Below are positions 46,068 through 54,493 of a stretch of DNA of 64,000 nucleotides, in pieces. The stretch's first letter is position 1. Every line of letters starts with the position of its first letter. The notes under the pieces are model-generated. The model had not been told where the DNA came from and ran no database searches. It saw nothing but the letters and a program-made list of their open reading frames with translations. A program made the position numbers and the translations under genes. Source of the DNA: an uncultured Caulobacteraceae bacterium (lineage in GTDB: Bacteria; Pseudomonadota; Alphaproteobacteria; Caulobacterales; Aquidulcibacteraceae); assembly GCA_964563395.1 (NCBI GenBank), contig CAZLWK010000013.1, positions 10,000 to 73,999 of the forward strand, given 5' to 3'.

Positions 46068-47216
46068 TCAACCATATCGGATAGCGCGCGCGAAGGCGCG
46101 CACATCCGCAACGAACGCGTCCGGCTTCTCCATCGCCGCGAAATGACCGCCTTCGGCGAAATCGGTCCAATGGACGACATTGTAAGCGCGCTCCACGAAG
46201 GAGCGCGGCGCCATCGTGAACACGGCTTCGCCGGCGAAATTGGCGAACCCCGTCGGCTTTTCGAGGCGCTGGCCGGCGGCAAGGGAGAAATTTTCCTCAA
46301 GCCGGGCGCGATAATACCAGACGCTGGTCGCGATCGAATCCGTGACCAGATAGATCATAATGTTGGTGAGCAGCTGATCCTTCGAATAGACGCCCTCAAG
46401 GCCGCCATTGCGAATGTCCGACCAGCCGTGGAATTTTTCCAGTATCCATGAGGCAACGCCCACGGGCGAATCCATCAGCGCGTGCGCCAGCGTCTGCGGC
46501 TTGCTCGTCTGCTGCTGAAAATAAGAAGCTTCACGTTGAAACGCCTGCATGGAACGCATCGCCCAGGCGCCCTCCTCCTCGGTCTTCGGCCCGTCGCTTG
46601 GGCGGAAGGCGAGCATGTTGAGATGCGCGGCCACGCATTCGGAATGATCCAGCGCCAGGAACGACGTCACCATCGAGCCCCAATCGCCGCCTTGCGCGAG
46701 ATATTTTGGATAGCCGAGCACGTCGCGCATCAGCACATTGAAAAGCCGCGCGGTGGCGCGCTGGCCGAACGGCTTTTTCGGCTTGCCGGAAAATCCATAG
46801 CCAGGCAGCGAGGGCACGACGAGATCGAACGCATCCTTGGCCTCGCCGCCGAACTTGCTCGGAAAGGCGAGCTTGGGAATCGCCCCCCAGAATTCGTAAT
46901 GCGAGCCAGGCCAGCCATGCGTGAGGATGAGCGGGCGCTTGGCGGCGTCGCCCTCGCCGCGCACATGCACGAAATGGATCGGCAGGCCCTCGATCTCGGC
47001 CACGAATTGGGGATGCTGGTTGAGTTCGGCCTCGCGCGCGCGCCAATCATAGCCGCTGAGCCAATAATCGCACAGCGCGCGCAAAGCGGCGGAATTGGTC
47101 CCATATTCCCAATCCTCGCCCTCGGGCGCGGGAAACCATGGATAGGCGGCCACGCGCGCGCGGATCGCGTCCAGCTTTCCTTGGGGAACATTCACCTGAA
47201 ACGCTTTCGCCGCCAT
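46068..47216 (-). CDS. epoxide hydrolase family alpha/beta hydrolase
   Basis: Epoxide hydrolase N-terminal region (VNVPQGKLDAIRARV) and an HGWPGS motif. Confidence 0.85.
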   Translation of the reverse strand: MAAKAFQVNVPQGKLDAIRARVAAYPWFPAPEGEDWEYGTNSAALRALCDYWLSGYDWRAREAELNQHPQFVAEIEGLPIHFVHVRGEGDAAKRPLILTHGWPGSHYEFWGAIPKLAFPSKFGGEAKDAFDLVVPSLPGYGFSGKPKKPFGQRATARLFNVLMRDVLGYPKYLAQGGDWGSMVTSFLALDHSECVAAHLNMLAFRPSDGPKTEEEGAWAMRSMQAFQREASYFQQQTSKPQTLAHALMDSPVGVASWILEKFHGWSDIRNGGLEGVYSKDQLLTNIMIYLVTDSIATSVWYYRARLEENFSLAAGQRLEKPTGFANFAGEAVFTMAPRSFVERAYNVVHWTDFAEGGHFAAMEKPDAFVADVRAFARAIRYG

Positions 47217-47260
47217 CGCGCGCTCTCCCTTGCGGCGCGCACAATGCGCAAGCGGGACCG

Positions 47261-48652
47261 CTACAGCAAGATGAGCGTGGCGAGGCCGAGAAACGAAAGA
47301 AAGCCGACCACGTCCGTCACGAAGGTGACGAACACGGAAGAGGACACGGCCGGGTCAGCCCCGATACGCCGCAGCGTCAAGGGCACAAGGATGCCGGCGA
47401 AGCCCGCGCATGTGAAATTGATGATCACGGCAAGCCCGATGGCGAGCGAAATGCCCGGGCTCTGGAACCATAAGCCGGCGACGATCGCCAAAAGCGCGGC
47501 GAACAAGAAGCCATTGCTCATGCCGGTCAGCGCTTCGCGCAGAATGTAGCGCGGCGCGTTGGCGGCGGTGAGATCGCGCGAGGCGATCGCGCGCACCGCG
47601 ACGGCGAGCGCCTGCGTGCCCGCATTGCCGCCCATCGAAGCCACGATCGGCATCAAGACGGCCAGCGCGACGATCTGCTCGATCGAGCCCTCGAACGCCG
47701 AGATCACGCTCGAGCCCACGAGCGCCGTGCCGAGATTGACGAGGATCCACGGCGCGCGCGAACGAATGGAGCGCGCGACCGTGTCGCTTTGCGCGGCGTC
47801 GGACACGCCGGCGAGTTTGAGCAAATCCTCCTGGCTCTCCTCGCTGATGACATCGACGATGTCGTCGACCGTCACCATGCCGGTGAGCCGGCCCGCCTCA
47901 TCGACGACCGGCGCCGAAGCGAGGTGATACTTCAAGAAGGCGAGCGCCACCTCTTCCTGGTCCATCTCGGGACGGATCAGGAATTGCGGCGGGCGCATGA
48001 TCGCGGCCATCGGCGTATCGCGCGGCGAGCGCAGCAGCGTGGAGACGGGCGCTGCGCCGACCGGGCGCATCGCCGGATCGACCACGTAGATTTCAAAGAA
48101 CACGTCCGGCAATTCTTCGGCGTCGGCGCGCAGGCGGTCGATCACCTCGCCGACGGTGGCGCCCTCATGCGCGGCGACATATTCGCGCTGCATGAGGCGG
48201 CCGGCCGTCTCCTCCTCGAAGGAGAGCGCTTCCTCGACGGCCAGACGCACATCCTCCGGCGCCGCGGCGAGCACCTCGTCCAGCATGCTTTCGTCGACGT
48301 CGGCGGCGACGGCGGCGGCGTCGTCGGTGTCGAGTTCACCCAGCGCGCGGCCGACATAATCGGCCGGCAAGAGCGCGAGCACCTCCTCGCGCTTCTCCCA
48401 TGGCAATTCGGCCAGCATCTCGGCGGGAAGTTCTGGACCGATCAGGTGCAGGACGTGGCGCATCGCCTCGCCCGGGAGGTGTTCGAGCACGTCGGCGAGG
48501 TCGGCCGGGTCGAGCCCTTTCAGCAGGCGGCGCAGCAGCGGACCGTCGCGATCCCCCGCCGCGCCGATGACGCGCGCCAGGAATTGGGGATTCTCGCTCG
48601 GCGCCGCGTGGCCGGGCTCGGCGTCGGCGACCGCCTCTTCATCCCTTGTCAT
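47261..48652 (-). CDS. mgtE: magnesium transporter MgtE
   Basis: N-domain, tandem CBS pair, and a five-TM C-terminal domain with GNAGTQA. Confidence 0.92.
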   Translation of the reverse strand: MTRDEEAVADAEPGHAAPSENPQFLARVIGAAGDRDGPLLRRLLKGLDPADLADVLEHLPGEAMRHVLHLIGPELPAEMLAELPWEKREEVLALLPADYVGRALGELDTDDAAAVAADVDESMLDEVLAAAPEDVRLAVEEALSFEEETAGRLMQREYVAAHEGATVGEVIDRLRADAEELPDVFFEIYVVDPAMRPVGAAPVSTLLRSPRDTPMAAIMRPPQFLIRPEMDQEEVALAFLKYHLASAPVVDEAGRLTGMVTVDDIVDVISEESQEDLLKLAGVSDAAQSDTVARSIRSRAPWILVNLGTALVGSSVISAFEGSIEQIVALAVLMPIVASMGGNAGTQALAVAVRAIASRDLTAANAPRYILREALTGMSNGFLFAALLAIVAGLWFQSPGISLAIGLAVIINFTCAGFAGILVPLTLRRIGADPAVSSSVFVTFVTDVVGFLSFLGLATLILL

Positions 48653-48793
48653 CGGCGCCTCCGTGACAGGCGGCGCAAAGCTGGCGCGCCGCGCCCGCTC
48701 AAGATACGCGCGCCGTGCCTGCCGAAACCGTCCGAATAGAAAAGGCCAAACGCCGCGTCGCGCGGTGCGTCAACCCCTCGGTGTGATTTTCCC

Positions 48794-49117
48794 TTAAGCC
48801 TGACGGGGCCCAAGCAGGATCAGCAAGGATCCGCCGACGCAGATCGCCGCGCCCAGCGCGTCCCAGCGATCGGGGCGCACGTCTTCGATCCGCCAAAGCC
48901 AAAGCAGGGATGCGAGGATGTAGACGCCGCCATAGGCGGCATAGGCCCGCCCGGCATGGGCGGCCTCCACACGCGTCAGCGCCAAAGCGAACACGATCAA
49001 GCTGGCGATGCCCGGAACGAGCCAGAGCGGCGAGGCGCCGTTGCGCAGCCACGCCCAGAACGCGAAGCACCCCGCGATTTCCGCCAAGGCCGCGATCGCG
49101 AACCAGAAGAGACTCAC
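48794..49117 (-). CDS. ynfA: YnfA/UPF0060 family small membrane protein
   Basis: 107 aa, four TM segments, [14 protein letters not shown] motif. Confidence 0.8.
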   Translation of the reverse strand: MSLFWFAIAALAEIAGCFAFWAWLRNGASPLWLVPGIASLIVFALALTRVEAAHAGRAYAAYGGVYILASLLWLWRIEDVRPDRWDALGAAICVGGSLLILLGPRQA

Positions 49118-49146
49118 GCGTGTCTCCCGCGTCGCGCGGCGCTAAT

Positions 49147-49231
49147 TGGTGCGCTGGAGAGGACTCGAACCTCCACGGTGTTACCCGCTACCACCTCAAG
49201 GTAGTGCGTCTACCAGTTCCGCCACCAGCGC
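49147..49231 (-). tRNA. tRNA-Leu (anticodon GAG)
   Basis: Hand-folded 85-nt cloverleaf. Acceptor GCGCTGG/CCAGCGC, anticodon loop TTGAGGT, long variable arm, T-loop GGTTCGAGTCC, encoded CCA. Confidence 0.9.
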
Positions 49232-49314
49232 AGAGGCGGGGCAGGTAGCAGATGCGGCACAGCGGGGCAAGCGCGCGGCTTTGCCGGCCGCAGCGCCCGG
49301 GTTAGAAGGGCGTC

Positions 49315-49755
49315 ATGCGCTATCTTCACACCATGGTCCGCGTGAAGGACCTCAACGCCGCCCTCGACTTTTATTGCGCCAAGCTCGGCCTTGAGGAGGT
49401 CTCCCGCTTTGACAATCCCGCCGGGCGCTTCACGCTCGTTTTCCTGGCTGCGCCGGACGACGTGGAAGCCGCGCGGGAGAAGCGCGCGCCCATGGTGGAG
49501 CTCACCCATAATTGGGATCCCGAGGACTATCAGGGCGGACGTAATTTCGGCCATCTCGCCTATGCCGTGGACGACATCTACGCCGTCTGCGATCGCCTCA
49601 AGGCAGGCGGCGTGACGATCAATCGGCCCCCGCGCGACGGACATATGGCGTTCGTGCGCTCGCCCGACGGGATTTCGATCGAATTGCTGCAAAAAGGCGC
49701 CCCGCTCGCCCCGGCCGAACCGTGGGCGAGCATGCCGAATGTCGGCGCCTGGTGA
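49315..49755 (+). CDS. gloA: lactoylglutathione lyase (glyoxalase I)
   Basis: [36 protein letters not shown] metal-ligand pattern. Confidence 0.88.
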   Translation: MRYLHTMVRVKDLNAALDFYCAKLGLEEVSRFDNPAGRFTLVFLAAPDDVEAAREKRAPMVELTHNWDPEDYQGGRNFGHLAYAVDDIYAVCDRLKAGGVTINRPPRDGHMAFVRSPDGISIELLQKGAPLAPAEPWASMPNVGAW

Positions 49756-49758
49756 GCC

Positions 49759-50022
49759 TTACGGAGCCGAAGCTGGGGCCGGTTCGGGCGTGGGCGCAGG
49801 CGGCAGTTCCGGCGCATCGATCTGGGGCGCCTCGATCTTCGGCGCTTCAATGTCAGGCGGATTGATCGTCGGCGCTTCGATCTCGATTTGCTGCGGCGCG
49901 TCGGGGCGGCTCATGCCGCCGCCGGAATAGGCGTAAATGCCGAATGCGATCAGCGCCACAAGAATGATGCCGCCGATGAAGGCGATCCATGGCGTGGACC
50001 CGCCGCTTGAATTGTCAGCCAT
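49759..50022 (-). CDS. small single-TM protein with pentapeptide (xIEAP) repeats
   Basis: TM WIAFIGGIILVALIAFGIYAY, then EIEAPTINPPDIEAPKIEAPQIDAPELP. Confidence 0.55.
   Translation of the reverse strand: MADNSSGGSTPWIAFIGGIILVALIAFGIYAYSGGGMSRPDAPQQIEIEAPTINPPDIEAPKIEAPQIDAPELPPAPTPEPAPASAP
49811..49885. repeat. five imperfect 15-nt tandem repeats (GGCGCNTCGATCTNN) inside the 87-aa ORF
   Basis: Repeat starts at 49811, 49826, 49841, 49856 and 49871. Confidence 0.8.
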
Positions 50023-50159
50023 AACGCAACCTCCGGGCTTGTCGCGAAAAGGAACGCGGCCTTAAGCCGCCTGTTCCTTAGCCCAGGACGTGGAAACGCC
50101 GCCGACGCGGGTCGACGGCGCTCCCACACGCAATGACGTGGACTTATTTTGGCGTGGAC

Positions 50160-51068
50160 TTATTGGCTGGTGAGTTCCGAAACGTGCAGCGTCGATTGCT
50201 GCAGTGCGCCTTCAGCATAGGTGCCGACCCAGATGTCGTATTGCCCCGATCCTGGCTGATCGAAGCGGATCATCGGATTGAGGCCGGCCTCGCCGCCATC
50301 GTCATCGCAATACCAATCGCCGTTCGGACCATTGACGACGAGCGTGGTGTCGCTCTCGGCCGCCACGGAGAAGATGAGCGGCAACGAACCGCTCGTATAT
50401 TGCACGCGATAATCCGGCGCGCTCGCGATCCAGCCGGTGCAGGACGCGCCCTCGATCTGGCTTGCGTCATAGGCGCCGCCGGCTGAAATCGCCACGGTGT
50501 GCGGATCGGGCTGGAAGCCCGCCGATAAGCTCACCTCGCCATAGGCGGGCGTCTGCGACATGTCCGGCCCGGCGCCGCTCGTCGACGGCGCACCGACCTC
50601 GGACACGTTCAGGACGGCGTTCGCCGCCTCCGCGGATTCACCGAAGCGACCGACCCACACCTGATAACGGCCCGAGCGCGGCGCATCATAACGTACGAGC
50701 GGATCGAGATTGCCGGCGCTGTCGTCGTCGCACGAATAAGAACCATCTGGACCGCGCACGACGAGCGTGGTGTCGACGTCCGACGTCACCGAAAAGATCA
50801 GCGGCAACGTATCGCCGGCGCGATAGCGCACGCTGTAATCGGGGCGCGCGGCGATGCTGCCGACGCAGCTGTCATTGATCGCGGTGGCGGCGTCGAGCGG
50901 TCCGCCCGCCTGCACCGTCACGCTATGCGGATCGGGCTGGAAGCCGGTACGCAAACGCACTTGCCCATAGGTGCCGGACGCGCCGGGATTGAGCGATTGC
51001 GCGAGCGCCGGCGTCGCCGCGAGACCGATGAGACAAGCCGCGGCGGCGGCGCGCAGAAAGAGTTTCAT
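50160..51068 (-). CDS. secreted protein with two copies of an uncharacterised two-Cys beta domain
   Basis: Start at MKLFLRAAAAACLIGLAATPALA. Two internal repeats of about 130 aa (YGxVxLxxGFxPDP..SCxG..PDYxVxY..LIFSV..DTTLVV.GP.G.W/YxCDDD..NP..RF..G.Y.VWVG). Confidence 0.8.
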   Translation of the reverse strand: MKLFLRAAAAACLIGLAATPALAQSLNPGASGTYGQVRLRTGFQPDPHSVTVQAGGPLDAATAINDSCVGSIAARPDYSVRYRAGDTLPLIFSVTSDVDTTLVVRGPDGSYSCDDDSAGNLDPLVRYDAPRSGRYQVWVGRFGESAEAANAVLNVSEVGAPSTSGAGPDMSQTPAYGEVSLSAGFQPDPHTVAISAGGAYDASQIEGASCTGWIASAPDYRVQYTSGSLPLIFSVAAESDTTLVVNGPNGDWYCDDDGGEAGLNPMIRFDQPGSGQYDIWVGTYAEGALQQSTLHVSELTSQ

Positions 51069-51115
51069 GATGTTCCCCAAAACGAAGGAGCCCGCGCATC
51101 GCGCGGGCTCGTGGG

Positions 51116-51595
51116 CTATTGGCTGGTCACTTCAGAGACATGCAGCGTGGTGCTAAAATTCTGGTTCGAGCCGTACGTGCCGACCCAGACATCATATTGG
51201 CCGGCCATTGGCGTATTGAAACGCACCATCGGATTGAGGCCGTTCGTGCCGCCGTCATCGTCGCAATACCAGCGCCGATCCGGGCCGTTGACGACGAGCG
51301 TGGTGTCGGCGCCGGAGGCCACCGAGAAAATCAGCGGGAACGAGCCGGGCGTGTAATTCACACGATAATCCGGCGCACGCGCGATATAGCCCGTGCACGA
51401 ACCGCCGATCGTCTGCGCGGCGTTGATCGAGCCGCCGGATTGAATGTTCACCTGAAACGGATCGGGCGTGAACCCGGCGCGCAATTGAATCGCCCCATAG
51501 GTGGGGTTTAAACTGAAGTCCTGCGCGCTTGCCGCTCCCCCAACGGCGACCGCGAGCAAAGCCACGGCCGCAAGACCGCGCGATAGCGATTTCAT
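51116..51595 (-). CDS. secreted single-copy paralog of the same two-Cys domain
   Basis: Start at MKSLSRGLAAVALLAVAVGGAASA. About 82 of 126 aligned positions match the C-terminal repeat of the neighbouring gene (hand alignment). Confidence 0.8.
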   Translation of the reverse strand: MKSLSRGLAAVALLAVAVGGAASAQDFSLNPTYGAIQLRAGFTPDPFQVNIQSGGSINAAQTIGGSCTGYIARAPDYRVNYTPGSFPLIFSVASGADTTLVVNGPDRRWYCDDDGGTNGLNPMVRFNTPMAGQYDVWVGTYGSNQNFSTTLHVSEVTSQ

Positions 51596-51790
51596 CCCAA
51601 CCCTCCTTAGAGACGGCGCCCCTGCCTGACGCCTGTGCGCGCCGGCGGAGCGAGACCGATTCCCACCCTCGCGGCGCATGCTGACCGAATAAGGCGAGCG
51701 CCGCCAGCGACGAGGCGGCGACGGGCCGGTCAGTCAGATGAACAATAGGTAATGCAGCGATTCAGGCGAAAGCATGTCGCCGTGCCCGCG

Positions 51791-52048
51791 TCACGCGTCC
51801 GCGTAGAATTCGTGCACGTCGGCGGCGTCGGTGACCGTGATGCAGAGACGGTCGCCCTCGATGGTGATCTCGCCGCGGGCGATGGGATAATTGTTGGCGA
51901 GGATCCACAATTGGTCGTTCTCGCCCGTATCGAGCGGTATCACGGCGCCGCGTCCCATCCGCAGCAATTGGTGCATCGGCATGCGCGTGCGCCCGAGCAC
52001 GACGGCGAGCTCGATGGAGACTCTATGGACCTGCGTGGTGTCGCTCAT
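51791..52048 (-). CDS. orphan FliN/SpoA-domain protein
   Basis: Start at [53 protein letters not shown] (SpoA/FliN C-terminal pattern). 85 aa. Confidence 0.7.
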   Translation of the reverse strand: MSDTTQVHRVSIELAVVLGRTRMPMHQLLRMGRGAVIPLDTGENDQLWILANNYPIARGEITIEGDRLCITVTDAADVHEFYADA

Positions 52049-52172
52049 GCGCCCAGGCGCTCCAACAGCCACAGGAGCGGCAGCGCCGCGATTCCGATCA
52101 GGATCGGCGCCGGCCCCGCCTTCAGGCGCGGGCGAAACCGCTGCGCTCTTTGCACGCCCATCCGGAATCTCC

Positions 52173-52892
52173 ATGTTCGCCAGCAGGACATGCCGAAAGG
52201 GTAAAGGCCGCGTGAACGTCCCTCCTGGAACTGCGCCGATCGGCTGGGCCGTATCGCCCGGGCCGACCGCCTATGAGCCGGCTGTGGCGGCCATGGAGCG
52301 GCGCGCGGCGGCGATCCGCGAGGGCGCGGCGGGAGAGCTGGTTTGGCTTGTGGAGCATCCCCCGCTCTATTCGGCGGGCGTAAGCGCGAAGGCGCAGGAT
52401 CTCCTCGATCCGCGCTTTCCCGTGCATCGCAGCGGGCGCGGCGGACAATTCACTTATCATGGCCCCGGCCAGCGCGTCGCTTACGTCATGCTCGACGTCG
52501 CCGCGCGCGGGCGCGACGTGCGCGGCTTCGTGGCCGATCTCGAACGCTGGCTGATCGGCGCGCTCGCGCGGTTCAATGTCGAGGCTGAAACGCGCGAAGG
52601 CCGCGTGGGCGTGTGGGTCACGCGCGCGGGCGCGGGCTGGCGACGCGAGGACAAGATCGCCGCGATCGGCGTGAAGCTGAAGCGCTGGGTCAGCTATCAT
52701 GGCGTGGCGCTCAACGTTGAGCCGGACCTCACGCATTTCGATGGCATCGTGCCGTGCGGCGTGCGCGATGCGGGCGTGACGAGCCTTGTCGATCTCGGCC
52801 TGCCGGTGACGATGGCGGACGCGGACGGCGCGCTGCGCGGCGCCTTTCACGACGTCTTCGGCCCGACCATAGACGCGCCCGCGCCTCTTTGA
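52173..52892 (+). CDS. lipB: octanoyltransferase LipB
   Basis: [31 protein letters not shown] motifs. Start is ATG 52173 or GTG 52212. Confidence 0.88.
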   Translation: MFASRTCRKGKGRVNVPPGTAPIGWAVSPGPTAYEPAVAAMERRAAAIREGAAGELVWLVEHPPLYSAGVSAKAQDLLDPRFPVHRSGRGGQFTYHGPGQRVAYVMLDVAARGRDVRGFVADLERWLIGALARFNVEAETREGRVGVWVTRAGAGWRREDKIAAIGVKLKRWVSYHGVALNVEPDLTHFDGIVPCGVRDAGVTSLVDLGLPVTMADADGALRGAFHDVFGPTIDAPAPL

Positions 52893-52895
52893 AGT

Positions 52896-53714
52896 TCAGA
52901 GGATCGTGATGCTCTTGGGATCGAAATCCGCCTTCGGATAGGCGGGATTCATGTCCTCCAACGTATCGCGCACGATCGTGGAGATGATGGCGTTGCGCCG
53001 CCACTTCTTGTCCGCCGGAACCACGCGCCAAGGCGCGTGGCGCGTGCTGCACTTGGTCAGCATCGTTTCGTAGGCGGCTTCGTATTCGTTCCAGAGCGCG
53101 CGATCCTCAAGATCGCCGGGATTGAATTTCCAATGCTTGGCCGGATCGTCGAGGCGTTCCTGAAGTCGCTCGCGCTGTTCGTCCTTCGAGATGTGCAGCA
53201 TGAATTTGAGAATGGTCACGCCATTCTCGGCCAGGTGCCGCTCGAACGCATTGATCTGGTCATAGCGCTTAGCCACGGCCTGCGCCGGAGCGAGGCCGCG
53301 CACCTTGACCACCAGCACGTCCTCGTAATGCGAGCGATTGAAGACGCCGATCATGCCCTGCTTCGGCACGGCCTTGTGCACGCGCCAGAGATAATCATGC
53401 GAGAGCTCTTCCTCGCTCGGCTTGCCGAACGGCGTGACGCTCACGCCCAGCGGCCCGCAGGCGTTGAACACGCCGCGCACCGTCCCGTCCTTGCCCGACG
53501 TGTCGATGCCCTGCAGCACGACCAGAAGCGCGCGCGACCGCTCGGCGAACAACTTATCCTGCAGCGCATCGATGATGCGCGCATTCTCCGCCGTGACCGT
53601 CTCGGCCGCGTCGCGATCGGGAAAAATCCGATCGCATGTGCAATCGCGCGCAGCGAGATCGGCCTTATCGCCCGGTTTGACGAGGATATGGGCGTCGATC
53701 TCGCGCGGCTTCAT
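52896..53714 (-). CDS. ppk2: polyphosphate kinase 2 family protein
   Basis: VLQGIDTSGKDGT Walker-A-like motif. 272 aa, single PPK2 domain. Confidence 0.88.
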   Translation of the reverse strand: MKPREIDAHILVKPGDKADLAARDCTCDRIFPDRDAAETVTAENARIIDALQDKLFAERSRALLVVLQGIDTSGKDGTVRGVFNACGPLGVSVTPFGKPSEEELSHDYLWRVHKAVPKQGMIGVFNRSHYEDVLVVKVRGLAPAQAVAKRYDQINAFERHLAENGVTILKFMLHISKDEQRERLQERLDDPAKHWKFNPGDLEDRALWNEYEAAYETMLTKCSTRHAPWRVVPADKKWRRNAIISTIVRDTLEDMNPAYPKADFDPKSITIL

Positions 53715-53722
53715 GCGCGCGC

Positions 53723-54340
53723 TTAGCTCGCGTAATATTCGACGACGAGGTTCGGCTCCATCTGCACCGCATAGGGCACATCGCCCAAATTCGGCACGCG
53801 GAGATACTTGGCGCTCATCGCCTTGGGATCGACCTCGATGTAATCGGGCGCGTCGCGTTCGCCCGACTGCAGCGCTTCGAGCACCAGCGCCATGTTGCGC
53901 GCCTTTTCACGCACCTCGACCACGTCGCCCGGCTTGACCAGGAAGGACGGGATCGTCACGCGGCGCCCGTTCACCGAGACGTGGCCGTGATTGACGAATT
54001 GGCGCGCAGCGAAAACCGTCGGCACGAATTTGGCGCGATAGACGAGCGCGTCGAGCCGGCTCTCGAGCAGGCCGATCAGGTTTTCCGAGGTGTTGCCCTT
54101 GCGGCGCGCCGCCTCTTCATAGATGCGGCGGAACTGCTTCTCGGTGATGTTGCCGTAATAGAGTTTCAGCTTCTGCTTGGCGATCAGCTGCAGGCCGAAA
54201 TCCGAGGTCTTGCCCTTGCGGCGCTGGCCATGCTGGCCGGGACCGTAGGAGCGCTTATTGACCGGCGATTTGGGACGGCCCCAGAGATTTTGGCCGAACC
54301 GGCGATTGGATTTGTATTTGGCTTCGATACGCTTCGACAT
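53723..54340 (-). CDS. rpsD: 30S ribosomal protein S4
   Basis: Start at [26 protein letters not shown] (ATG 54340). 205 aa. Confidence 0.95.
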   Translation of the reverse strand: MSKRIEAKYKSNRRFGQNLWGRPKSPVNKRSYGPGQHGQRRKGKTSDFGLQLIAKQKLKLYYGNITEKQFRRIYEEAARRKGNTSENLIGLLESRLDALVYRAKFVPTVFAARQFVNHGHVSVNGRRVTIPSFLVKPGDVVEVREKARNMALVLEALQSGERDAPDYIEVDPKAMSAKYLRVPNLGDVPYAVQMEPNLVVEYYAS

Positions 54341-54493
54341 TGGCCTTTTCGGGCCTTTCTTCATCCATGACGGGGCCCGGCGGCGCCCTATGCGCCGCAA
54401 CTGCCCTGGCGGTTCACCCGTCGCCCAGCGTGATCCGGGCCGCGAGGGCCTGGAAAGCCGGCGGTTTTAGCCCTCGCCCGGCGGAAGTCAAAT

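Noticed and set aside
48653-48793. Possible Mg2+ riboswitch (M-box) in the mgtE leader.
   Set aside because: I could not recognise the M-box core by eye, and the class is mainly found in Firmicutes. An Infernal scan would be needed, so no call is made.
49147-49231. tRNA-Leu as a genomic-island integration site.
   Set aside because: No integrase is nearby and I saw no duplicated copy of the tRNA 3-prime end. The immediate neighbours (ynfA, gloA) are ordinary chromosomal genes.
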